Source of the DNA: an uncultured Eubacteriales bacterium | GTDB taxonomy: Bacteria > Bacillota > Clostridia > TANB77 > RGIG9151 | Assembly (NCBI GenBank): GCA_964640345.1 | Contig: CAZXFU010000005.1 | Coordinates: forward strand, 1 to 17,359 | Length of the DNA: 17,359 bases | Reading direction: 5' to 3' | Shown: piece by piece, positions 5,615 to 14,034 of the stretch | How positions within the stretch are numbered: the first letter of the stretch is position 1 | Layout of the letters: every line of letters starts with the position of its first letter | Program-made: the position numbers and the translations under genes | The notes under the pieces: model-generated | Seen by the model: only the letters and a program-made list of their open reading frames with translations | Databases searched by the model: none | What the model was told of the DNA's origin: nothing

Positions 5615-8002
5615 ATGTCGGAAATTATTAATAAAACAAGAAAGTTAATGAGAAATGAAGATTTAATGTGCAAACTTTTTTATGGCATGACTACATTAGT
5701 AATATTAAATAGACTTTTATCATTTTTGATAATGATTTTCTTCTCTGATTACAGCCAAATTTCTTCATCTATGGGGCATTCAAATGTTTTAGCATCATTA
5801 TTTTCTTTAGTAACAAAGTCGCCTGTAAAGCAGTTTGAAATGTGGAATTCTTTTGAATATACAATGGCTATTTTACTACCGTTAGCAGGATATGCGTTTT
5901 TCTGTTCGTCAAGCTATGCAAAAAATCGTACTAGGAAAATAAAGATGTTTTCTGTTACGATGATGTTGGTTTCTATAATCGGATCATTTATGTTAGCAGA
6001 ATGGTCGAATTCTTTGGTTTGTTATATTATTTCATTTGCAGGAGAAGAAAGAATTAAAGAGGCTTGGTCACTTGCACCGGATAAGATGATTGCAGCGATT
6101 CGTGCTGCTACGATTTATTTACCTGTGCAGGCTATGTGTTTAACAAGTGGAATGATTTCTATAGCAGTATATGGACCGGATTCGGAAGATCAGATTATAA
6201 ATTTGAAAATTTTAGATTTTACGCCAAACGCTATGCCAACAGGTAAATATACTTGTGAAGTTACTGTTTGTCGTGATTCTGGTACCGGCGAGTGGATAAC
6301 AATACCTGAAAATAGACGAATGGAAGCAACGTTAATTCAAGGTGCGACCGGTACAGGTAAAACGTCTATGTTATTATTACCGATGTGTGCTAGCGATTTA
6401 GAAAAGAAATTTTTCTTTCAGGAAGAGTTAAAGAAGTTAGCAATTGAAGCGTTAGATAAAGGATATGCTTATATTGATGCACCATTTTCAAGTGAAGAAC
6501 TTAATGAGCATTTTTCGATGGAATATATCAAACCTCGTCAAAATATGGAAAAGGAGTTTTTGGGTGTATTTAAAAATATGACTAGATATGTCGGAACAAT
6601 GGACGACACAAGAATTTATAAAAACCTTGGCGTTACGGTAGTTGAGCCTGACGGAAAGTTTTGCGGTGATTTTCAGGAAGTCGCTAAAAATTACGGAATT
6701 GAGGTAAAGAAGATTGACCCTGAGGCACCGGATACTTATGGTATGAATCCTTTCCAAAATGAAGATCCGGATAAAGCAGCGAGCATTATTGCAACTGTTT
6801 TGCAAGGAATGTATGAAAGTGAAAATCCAGGCGGGAATAACGTGTTTTTTGGGCAGGTTACACAGCAGGCATTAGAGAATTTGGCACTGCTATTAAAAGT
6901 AATGTATCCAAGGCTTCATGACGGTGAATTGCCTACGCTTGAGGATATGTTAAAGATGATGTATGACTACAACATCGTAGAAAAAATGTGTGAGGAAATG
7001 AAGAAAATTCCGGAGCTTGCAGAAGAGTATAGAATTTTAATTAAATATTTTGAAAAGAATTTCTATAATCCGCCGTACGATTTAAATGGTCGTCCGATTC
7101 CGGGAACTTTCGGTAGCGGAAGAAAAGAAACAGAGAAATTCTTATATGGTGCTGCAACTCAATTAGACAACTTAATGAGGCATGAAAAGGTTAAAGAGAT
7201 TTTATGTTCTAGGGATAGAAATTTGGACTTCGATAAGGTTTTATCTGAAGGGCAATGTGTTTCGGTTTGCACAAGACGTGGTGAACTTGGTGCATTACTT
7301 TCAAAGCCTCTTGGAATGTTCTTTATATTGTCTATGCAAGATGCTGTTTTAAGAAGACCGGGTAATGAAAAGACGAGAATACCACATTTCTTATATATAG
7401 ATGAATTCCCGGATTTTGTAAACAGTGAAACAGAAACATGCTTTACATTGTTTAGAAAGTATCGTTGCGGCATGATCGTTGCAATTCAGAACTTGTCACA
7501 ACTTGCAAGAACCGAATCTATGAAATATTATAAACAAGTTGTTGTTTCCAACTCGAGAACTCATTTGGTTTTCGGTAATACGAATGTTGAAGATAGTGAT
7601 TACTGGTCCGGAGTTTTCGGAAGACGTGAAGTTATGAACTTAAGTTATAAGCTGGAAACTGCTCCACTTAGCCAGGTAAAGAGTGATTCGACTGGTATCA
7701 AAGCTGATAGTATGAATGGCGTTATGGATTATACGGATAATATAAAGCCTCATGTACTTAACCAGTTAGCTTTTAAAGCTTTATTTTATAATACACGTGA
7801 TGCAAAAGGAAATAGGAAAAGAGGAAAAGCAAAAGTTGATTTCTTAAATGCTCGTCACAAAAAGATGCATGAAGGAGCAAAATATGATTTTTCAAAGTAT
7901 TTATCATATCGTCGTACTTCGCTTAATGACGGCTATTGGAGTGACAGCATTTCTGAGCAGGAATACAGAGAAAGTAGAATTTTAGACGGAGAAAAAAATT
8001 AG
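5615..8002 (+). CDS. Membrane-anchored type IV coupling protein-like ATPase (VirD4/TraG/TraD family), paralog 2
   Basis: 795-aa ORF that begins 14 nt after paralog 1, with RBS GGTGAAG. It carries the same motif set: LIQGATGTGKTS (nt 6341-6367), VEPDG, MNPF, HFLYIDEFPDF, AIQNLSQL and VFGNTN. It aligns with paralog 1 over the whole length, including the N-terminal membrane domain (KLFYGM..LV.LNR, EYT.AILLPLAG.A.FCSS, A.WSN). Confidence 0.75.
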   Translation: MSEIINKTRKLMRNEDLMCKLFYGMTTLVILNRLLSFLIMIFFSDYSQISSSMGHSNVLASLFSLVTKSPVKQFEMWNSFEYTMAILLPLAGYAFFCSSSYAKNRTRKIKMFSVTMMLVSIIGSFMLAEWSNSLVCYIISFAGEERIKEAWSLAPDKMIAAIRAATIYLPVQAMCLTSGMISIAVYGPDSEDQIINLKILDFTPNAMPTGKYTCEVTVCRDSGTGEWITIPENRRMEATLIQGATGTGKTSMLLLPMCASDLEKKFFFQEELKKLAIEALDKGYAYIDAPFSSEELNEHFSMEYIKPRQNMEKEFLGVFKNMTRYVGTMDDTRIYKNLGVTVVEPDGKFCGDFQEVAKNYGIEVKKIDPEAPDTYGMNPFQNEDPDKAASIIATVLQGMYESENPGGNNVFFGQVTQQALENLALLLKVMYPRLHDGELPTLEDMLKMMYDYNIVEKMCEEMKKIPELAEEYRILIKYFEKNFYNPPYDLNGRPIPGTFGSGRKETEKFLYGAATQLDNLMRHEKVKEILCSRDRNLDFDKVLSEGQCVSVCTRRGELGALLSKPLGMFFILSMQDAVLRRPGNEKTRIPHFLYIDEFPDFVNSETETCFTLFRKYRCGMIVAIQNLSQLARTESMKYYKQVVVSNSRTHLVFGNTNVEDSDYWSGVFGRREVMNLSYKLETAPLSQVKSDSTGIKADSMNGVMDYTDNIKPHVLNQLAFKALFYNTRDAKGNRKRGKAKVDFLNARHKKMHEGAKYDFSKYLSYRRTSLNDGYWSDSISEQEYRESRILDGEKN

Positions 8003-8006
8003 AGAT

Positions 8007-9944
8007 ATGGGAAAAAGTTTGTTTATAGCTGAAAAACCAAGTGTTGCGAAAGAGTTTGCCAAGATTTTAAAGGTAAACTCTTCTTCGCGTGATGGGTATA
8101 TTGAGAATGAAAATTATGTTATTACATGGTGTGTTGGTCATCTTGTTACTATGAGCTATCCGGAAGTGTATGACGAGAATTTAAAAAAGTGGTCACTTAG
8201 CACTTTACCTTTTTTGCCGGAGAATTATAAGTACGAGGTTATATCCTCTGTTGAAAAGCAGTTTAATATAGTAAAAGGATTACTTACAAGAGATGATGTT
8301 GAAACGATATATGTGTGTACCGACTCCGGGCGTGAGGGAGAATATATTTATAGGTTAGTAGATTCTATGGCTCACGTTGAAGGTAAGAATAAGAAAAGAG
8401 TTTGGATAGATTCACAGACTGAAGAAGAGATATTAAGAGGAATTCGTGAGGCAAAGAATTTAAATGAGTATGATGCTTTGGCGGATGCTGCGTATTTAAG
8501 AGCTAAAGAGGACTATTTGATAGGTATAAATTTCTCAAGGCTTCTTAGTTTACTTTATTCACGTTCCGTCAGTGTCTTTAGTAAGGAAGAACGTGTTGTT
8601 ATCGCTATTGGTCGTGTTATGACATGTGTTTTGGGAATGGTTGTAGATCGTGAACGAGAGATTAGAAATTTTGTTAAGACAAACTTTTATAGGTTAGTCT
8701 GCAATTTAGAGGGAAATTGTTCGGGGGAATGGAAAGCTATAGAGAATACCAAGTTTTACAATTCTCCGCTTTTATATAATGAAACAGGTTTTAAGAAAAA
8801 GGAAGATGCTCAAAACCTTGCAAATGTTTTAAGTGAGAATGAAACAGCAGTTGTTGAAGAGATAAAGAAAAAACAGCAAAAGGAAAATGCACCTTTACTT
8901 TTTAATTTGGCAGAGCTTCAAAACGAATGCTCAAAGCGTTTTAAGATTGCACCTGATGAGACTTTGGCTGTTGTTCAGACGTTATATGAAAAGAAGCTTG
9001 TTACATATCCAAGAACTGATGCAAGGGTTCTTTCTACGGCTATTGCTAAGGAGATAAAGAAGAATTTAAACGGGATTGCAACAAGGTGCTTAGACGAGAA
9101 TGTAAAGAAATTTGCAATGAATATTGCTGAGAGAAAGTATAATATTGATTTGGTAAAGTCAAAGTATGTTGATGATTCTAAAATTACAGATCACTATGCG
9201 ATTATTCCGACCGGTCAGGGATATGAAAATTATAATTCGTTAAAAGAACTTGAAAAGGCAATATATAATGTGATTTCCCTTAGATTTTTAGCGGTTTTTT
9301 ATCCGCCTGCTGTTTTTAACAGAATTTCGCTTACTGTAAAAATCGGTGAAGAGTATTTTTTTGCCAGTGCAAAAACTTGTAAGGATATTGGGTATTTAGA
9401 AGTGCTAAAAAGCGGTAAAGATGCAGATAGTGATGAGAGTGCGTTAAGTGGCTTAAAGAAAGGTCAACAATTAAAGATAAATAATATTGAGGTAAAAGAA
9501 GGAGAAACAAGTCCACCGAGCCGTTATACAACCGGTACAATGATTTTGGCAATGGAAAATGCCGGAAAGCTTATTGAAGACGAGGAATTAAGGTCACATA
9601 TTAAGGGTGCGGGAATCGGAACGAGTGCAACCAGGGCTGAAATTATAAAGAAGCTTGAAAGAAATTCATATATTATTTGTAATTCTAAAACTCAGGTAAT
9701 AACGCCAAGTTTTAAAGGCGAGTTAATATATGAGACTGTAAAAGATGCTATGCCGGATATGCTAAACCCTGAACTTACGGCAAGTTGGGAAAAAGGGCTT
9801 ACAATGGTGGCAAATAAAGAGATAGAAGCAAAAGTTTTTATGGATAAATTAGAGGCGTATATACGAAATAAGACTAAGAGAGCAATTGAAAAAAAGCCGT
9901 ATATTAATCCGCCAAGAATGTTTAAGGATGTGCCGAAGATATAA
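8007..9944 (+). CDS. topB: DNA topoisomerase III (type IA)
   Basis: 645-aa ORF. The N-terminal Toprim reads LFIAEKPSVAKEFAKIL with the catalytic Glu. The Firmicute TopB-style motif is CTDSGREGE. The active-site Tyr motif is LVTYPRTDARVL (around nt 9000-9030). It starts 4 nt after the upstream stop. Confidence 0.9.
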   Translation: MGKSLFIAEKPSVAKEFAKILKVNSSSRDGYIENENYVITWCVGHLVTMSYPEVYDENLKKWSLSTLPFLPENYKYEVISSVEKQFNIVKGLLTRDDVETIYVCTDSGREGEYIYRLVDSMAHVEGKNKKRVWIDSQTEEEILRGIREAKNLNEYDALADAAYLRAKEDYLIGINFSRLLSLLYSRSVSVFSKEERVVIAIGRVMTCVLGMVVDREREIRNFVKTNFYRLVCNLEGNCSGEWKAIENTKFYNSPLLYNETGFKKKEDAQNLANVLSENETAVVEEIKKKQQKENAPLLFNLAELQNECSKRFKIAPDETLAVVQTLYEKKLVTYPRTDARVLSTAIAKEIKKNLNGIATRCLDENVKKFAMNIAERKYNIDLVKSKYVDDSKITDHYAIIPTGQGYENYNSLKELEKAIYNVISLRFLAVFYPPAVFNRISLTVKIGEEYFFASAKTCKDIGYLEVLKSGKDADSDESALSGLKKGQQLKINNIEVKEGETSPPSRYTTGTMILAMENAGKLIEDEELRSHIKGAGIGTSATRAEIIKKLERNSYIICNSKTQVITPSFKGELIYETVKDAMPDMLNPELTASWEKGLTMVANKEIEAKVFMDKLEAYIRNKTKRAIEKKPYINPPRMFKDVPKI

Positions 9945-10007
9945 ATTATTTGCAAACAATATATAAAAGTGATATTGTGAATGATGTTAGAAAGGAGCAT
10001 TCAGAGT

Positions 10008-10883
10008 ATGATAGATTTTACGAATACAACGGAAGAACTTAATAATTATAAAGGCTCTGAGAAGAAAAAAACCTTAAGATATGAGGGTAAAAAATATCTA
10101 GTTAAATTCCCAGATCCGATAAGAGAGAAAAATAAGAATATATCATATATAAATAATGCCTTTTCTGAGTATGTCGGTAGTAATGTGTTTAGAATTTTGG
10201 GATTTGAGACGCAAAATACAATTTTAGGTCAATATGAATACAATGGGAAAAAGAAAATTGTTTGTGCATGTGAGGATTTTACTGATGCTGATAATGTATT
10301 ATATGAATTTGAAAGTTTAGTTTTAAGTGCAAACCCAGATAAAAAAATTGAGACTGAAGTAAGTGATATTATGGAAGTGCTAAAAGAGTGTGCTAATTTA
10401 ATAGATTTTCCGTCAACAGTTCAGAAATTTTGGGATATGTTTATTGTTGATGCACTTATAGGAAACACGGATAGGCATAACGGTAATTGGGGCTTTTTGC
10501 TTAATAAACAAACTGGCGAAACTAGATTTGCACCTATATATGATTGTGGTTCTTGTCTAAATCCTATGATTGATGATGAAGAGCTGCTTAATATAAGTGA
10601 GACAGAATTTAAGAATTTTGCTGTAAATTGTTATTCATGTTTGAAAGAAAATAATAAAAAAATTAATTATATTACATACATAAATAGTATGAAAAATAGT
10701 GAGTGCAATAGTGCTTTGATTAGAATTTATAAGGATATTAAAATTGATGATATTGATAATTTCATAAAAAATATAGAAGGCATGTCTGAAATTAGGAAGA
10801 ATTTTTACATGAGAATTATTAGAAAGAGATACGAGATGTTGAGTCATGTTTATAATAAATTGTGCGAAATGAAGGGAGAATAA
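10008..10883 (+). CDS. Short HipA-like Ser/Thr kinase (HipA_C domain only)
   Basis: The ORF is open from 9981 (300 aa), but the ATG at 10008 follows the RBS AAAGGAG (9991-9997) and is the better start (291 aa). The HipA catalytic motif is LIGNTDRHNGNWGFL (around nt 10461-10493), followed by the APIYDCGS (DxG-like) motif. Confidence 0.75.
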   Translation: MIDFTNTTEELNNYKGSEKKKTLRYEGKKYLVKFPDPIREKNKNISYINNAFSEYVGSNVFRILGFETQNTILGQYEYNGKKKIVCACEDFTDADNVLYEFESLVLSANPDKKIETEVSDIMEVLKECANLIDFPSTVQKFWDMFIVDALIGNTDRHNGNWGFLLNKQTGETRFAPIYDCGSCLNPMIDDEELLNISETEFKNFAVNCYSCLKENNKKINYITYINSMKNSECNSALIRIYKDIKIDDIDNFIKNIEGMSEIRKNFYMRIIRKRYEMLSHVYNKLCEMKGE

Positions 10884-10884
10884 T

Positions 10885-13038
10885 ATGGATTTTATACAAG
10901 AACAATTAAAAAATGAGTTTAATTTAAAGGATTTTCAAGTAAAAAATACTGTAGAGTTAATTGATGGCGGAAATACTATTCCTTTTATTGCACGTTATAG
11001 AAAGGAAATGACAGGAGAACTTAGTGACGAGGTTTTAAGAGATTTTTATGAAAGATTACTGTATCTTAGGAAGCGTGAAGAACGCAAAGAAGAGATTATG
11101 CGTTTAATTGACGAACAGGGAAAGATGACAGAAGATTTACAAAAGCAGATTGAAAAAGCTGAGACTATGACTGAGCTTGAGGATTTGTATAGACCATATA
11201 AGCAGAAAAAGAGGACAAGAGCTACCATTGCTAAGGAAAAAGGTTTAGAGCCTCTTGCTGTTATTATAAAGAAGCAGGAAATGATGTCGGGAGATAGAAG
11301 TTTAGTTGCAAGTGAGTTTATAAACGATGAAAAAGGTGTAAAGAGTGCAGAAGATGCAATTTCCGGTGCATTAGATATTATTGCTGAAGAAATTTCAGAT
11401 AATGCGGATTATCGTAAAGAAATAAGAAAGATAACTTTTGAAAACGGCATTTTTACTTCTAAGGGTACGAATCCGGATGAGAAGACAGTATATGATATGT
11501 ATTATGATTTTGCTGAGCCTATTTCAAAGATACCTAGTCATAGGGTTTTGGCTATAAATCGCGGAGAAAAGGAAGGTGCGTTAAAGGCAAAGCTTGAGAT
11601 TGATACTGACGGCATATTAGCTTATCTTGAAAAAGATGTTATAAAAGGAGATAGCATTTTTAAAGATGATTTAAAGTTATGTGTTTTAGATGCGTATAAG
11701 AGGTTAATTGCACCTTCTATTGAGAATGAGCTTAGAAATGATATTACAGAAGTTGCGGATGAGAAGGCTATTAAGGTCTTTGGTGTTAACATCAAAAATT
11801 TACTTTTGCAAGCACCGCTTAAAAATATGACTGTTATGGGGTTTGATCCTGCATATAGGACAGGTTGTAAGATTGCGATTATCGATGAGACCGGTAAGCT
11901 ACTTGCTACTACTACAGTTTATCCTACTATGCCTCAAAATGATGTTGACGGAGCAAAGAGGGAGTTAAAAGCATTAATTAAAAAGTATAATGTTAATATG
12001 ATTGCGATAGGAAACGGAACTGCTTCAAGGGAGTCTGAGCAGTTTGTTGCGGATATGATAAAAGAAATACCGGAAAGCACTTATTATACTATTGTTAGTG
12101 AAGCAGGAGCTTCTGTATATTCTGCATCAAAGCTTGCGACAGAAGAATATCCGGATATAAACGTTTCGCTTCGCGGTGCTATTTCTATTGCAAGGCGTCT
12201 CCAAGATCCGCTTGCCGAGCTTGTTAAGATTGATCCTAAAAGCATTGGTGTAGGTCAGTACCAACATGATGTTAATCAGAAAAAGCTTGATGAGGCGTTA
12301 ACGGGTGTTGTTGAAGATGCGGTTAATAAGGTTGGCGTTAATTTAAATACCGCAACTCCGTCATTACTTAATTATGTTTCAGGTTTAAGCAAGACCGTTG
12401 CTTCTAATATTGTTAAGTACAGAGAGGAAAAAGGTAAGTTTAAAAACAGAAAGGAATTACTTAACGTAAGTAAGTTAGGACCTGCGGCATTTACACAATG
12501 TTCCGGATTTTTAAGGATACCCGGCGGGGATAATCCTTTAGATAATACTTCTGTTCATCCTGAATCTTATGATATTGCAAAGAAGATTTTAGAGAAGATG
12601 GGTTATGATGTTAAGAATTTTGAAAATGTTGATAAGAATGAGATGATTAGAAAAATAAAAGCTATTAACATTAGTGAATTAGCTAGTGAGTTAAATGTCG
12701 GGGTACCTACTGTTACGGATATATTAAATGAACTTCAAAAACCTGGACGTGATCCTAGAGAAGACATGCCGAAACCTATTTTAAGAAGTGATGTTCTAAA
12801 ACTTGAAGATTTAAAAGAAGGTATGGTATTAAAGGGAACTGTAAGAAATGTTATTGATTTTGGAGCGTTTGTGGATATTGGTATAAAAAATGACGGTTTG
12901 GTACATATTTCAGAGATGAGCAATAATTATGTTAAAAATCCTATGGATGTTGTGTCTGTTGGAGATATAGTTGATGTCAGAGTTATAAAAATTGATATGG
13001 ATAAAGGAAAAGTAGGGCTTAGCATGAAAGATTTATAG
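10885..13038 (+). CDS. tex: Tex-like transcription accessory protein (YqgF/RuvX-like, HhH and C-terminal S1 domains)
   Basis: 717-aa ORF with RBS AAGGGAGA. The N-terminus FIARYRKEMTGELSDEVLR is typical of Tex. Other marks are the central GFDPAYRTGCK (YqgF-like) segment, IGVGQYQHDV, and the C-terminal S1 segment GMVLKGTVRNVIDFGAFVDIG...GLVHISE. It starts 1 nt after the HipA-like stop codon. Confidence 0.9.
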   Translation: MDFIQEQLKNEFNLKDFQVKNTVELIDGGNTIPFIARYRKEMTGELSDEVLRDFYERLLYLRKREERKEEIMRLIDEQGKMTEDLQKQIEKAETMTELEDLYRPYKQKKRTRATIAKEKGLEPLAVIIKKQEMMSGDRSLVASEFINDEKGVKSAEDAISGALDIIAEEISDNADYRKEIRKITFENGIFTSKGTNPDEKTVYDMYYDFAEPISKIPSHRVLAINRGEKEGALKAKLEIDTDGILAYLEKDVIKGDSIFKDDLKLCVLDAYKRLIAPSIENELRNDITEVADEKAIKVFGVNIKNLLLQAPLKNMTVMGFDPAYRTGCKIAIIDETGKLLATTTVYPTMPQNDVDGAKRELKALIKKYNVNMIAIGNGTASRESEQFVADMIKEIPESTYYTIVSEAGASVYSASKLATEEYPDINVSLRGAISIARRLQDPLAELVKIDPKSIGVGQYQHDVNQKKLDEALTGVVEDAVNKVGVNLNTATPSLLNYVSGLSKTVASNIVKYREEKGKFKNRKELLNVSKLGPAAFTQCSGFLRIPGGDNPLDNTSVHPESYDIAKKILEKMGYDVKNFENVDKNEMIRKIKAINISELASELNVGVPTVTDILNELQKPGRDPREDMPKPILRSDVLKLEDLKEGMVLKGTVRNVIDFGAFVDIGIKNDGLVHISEMSNNYVKNPMDVVSVGDIVDVRVIKIDMDKGKVGLSMKDL

Positions 13039-13053
13039 GAACGGAGAATTAAT

Positions 13054-14019
13054 ATGAAGATAGAGAGAAACGCATCACTGCTTTTGGGAGATACGGCAGT
13101 TTCAGATATATTTATTAATGATTATTTGATGGCGGCTGAAGGCGATTTTGTTAAGGTTTATTTGTATTGCCTTTTCTTATCTAAGCATAATAAAGATATT
13201 ACGCTACTTGATTTATCTAAAAAGACAGGTTTGCAACTAGAAAGAGTTAAAGCGGCAGTTGAGTATTTTAACAAATCCGGCTTGTCTGTTGCAACAGAGC
13301 GTGGCATTATATTATGTGATTTGAAGGAAAAAGAGATAAATAGGTTATATACGCCAAAGCTTTCTACTTCTCCGGAAGATGCTGTAGATAAGCTTAATAG
13401 AAATAGAAAGCGCTCTTCTGTTATAAATGCGATAAATAATACTTTTTTTCAAGGAATTATGAGTCCTGCATGGTATAATGACATTGCAACTATTTTTGAT
13501 AAGTATAATTTTGAAGAAGAGGTTGTTTTTTCGTTGTTTAATTATTGCTATGATAAAAGAGCTTTGCACAAGAATTATTTGTTTGCGGTAGCGGAGGCAT
13601 GGGCACTTAATAAGATTCACAATACCGGTGATTTAGATGCTTATTATCAAAAATATGAAAAGTCTAATAAACTCAAAAAAACCGTTAGTAAGAAGCTTGG
13701 GATTACAAGAAAGCTTACTGAGTATGAGGAAGCGTATGTAGATAAATGGTGTATGGAATTTGGTTATGATATTGATGTTATTGAAATTGCACTAAAGAAA
13801 ACTACTTCTAAGACCAACCCAAGTTTTGAGTATATAAACAAGATTATTTGCTCATGGGCAGAAAAAGGTCTTAAGTCAAAAGAACAAGTTTCAGAATTTT
13901 TAGAGCAAACTAAGACTAAGAACGAGTTTATAAAGAATAATAAAAATGTGGTAAGTAATGCTTATGTTAATCCTGAGCAGAAAGAATTTAATGATTTGGA
14001 TCGTTTTTATGCAAATTAA
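13054..14019 (+). CDS. DnaD-domain replication initiation / membrane attachment protein (Firmicute DnaB-like: winged-helix N-domain plus two DnaB_2/DDBH2 repeats)
   Basis: 321-aa ORF with RBS ACGGAGA. Two repeats match the pattern hydrophobic-x-Y..K..W...G: FEEEVVFSLFNYCYDK...YLFAVAEAWALNKIHNTGDL and DIDVIEIALKKT...FEYINKIICSWAEKGLKSKEQV. It sits immediately upstream of a DnaI-like gene, as in the Bacillus dnaB-dnaI operon. Confidence 0.7.
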   Translation: MKIERNASLLLGDTAVSDIFINDYLMAAEGDFVKVYLYCLFLSKHNKDITLLDLSKKTGLQLERVKAAVEYFNKSGLSVATERGIILCDLKEKEINRLYTPKLSTSPEDAVDKLNRNRKRSSVINAINNTFFQGIMSPAWYNDIATIFDKYNFEEEVVFSLFNYCYDKRALHKNYLFAVAEAWALNKIHNTGDLDAYYQKYEKSNKLKKTVSKKLGITRKLTEYEEAYVDKWCMEFGYDIDVIEIALKKTTSKTNPSFEYINKIICSWAEKGLKSKEQVSEFLEQTKTKNEFIKNNKNVVSNAYVNPEQKEFNDLDRFYAN

Positions 14020-14034
14020 TAGTGAGGTGGTTAT

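Noticed and set aside
3191-9552. Minus-strand ORFs of 61-105 aa (3191-3382, 4988-5173, 6488-6805, 7159-7473, 9331-9552) nested in the coupling-protein and topB genes
   Set aside because: All lie antisense within ORFs that have strong family motifs. Their products are low-complexity, they have no RBS, and they show no recognisable motifs.
1-9944. Idea that the phosphodiesterase through topB region is a tRNA-integrated genomic island or ICE remnant
   Set aside because: The tRNA is on the minus strand, so its 3' end (the usual integrase target) points away from this region. No integrase, relaxase or att-like repeat of the tRNA 3' end is visible. Apart from 1373-2880, composition matches the housekeeping genes. 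The idea is kept only as a weaker alternative in the findings.
9692-10000. 102-aa minus-strand hydrophobic ORF spanning the topB / HipA-like junction. I considered it as a hidden antitoxin or small membrane protein.
   Set aside because: It is antisense to the conserved TopB C-terminus. Its composition (I/L/F/S-rich) is what an AT-rich antisense frame gives, and there is no RBS or promoter. It cannot be fully excluded without expression data.
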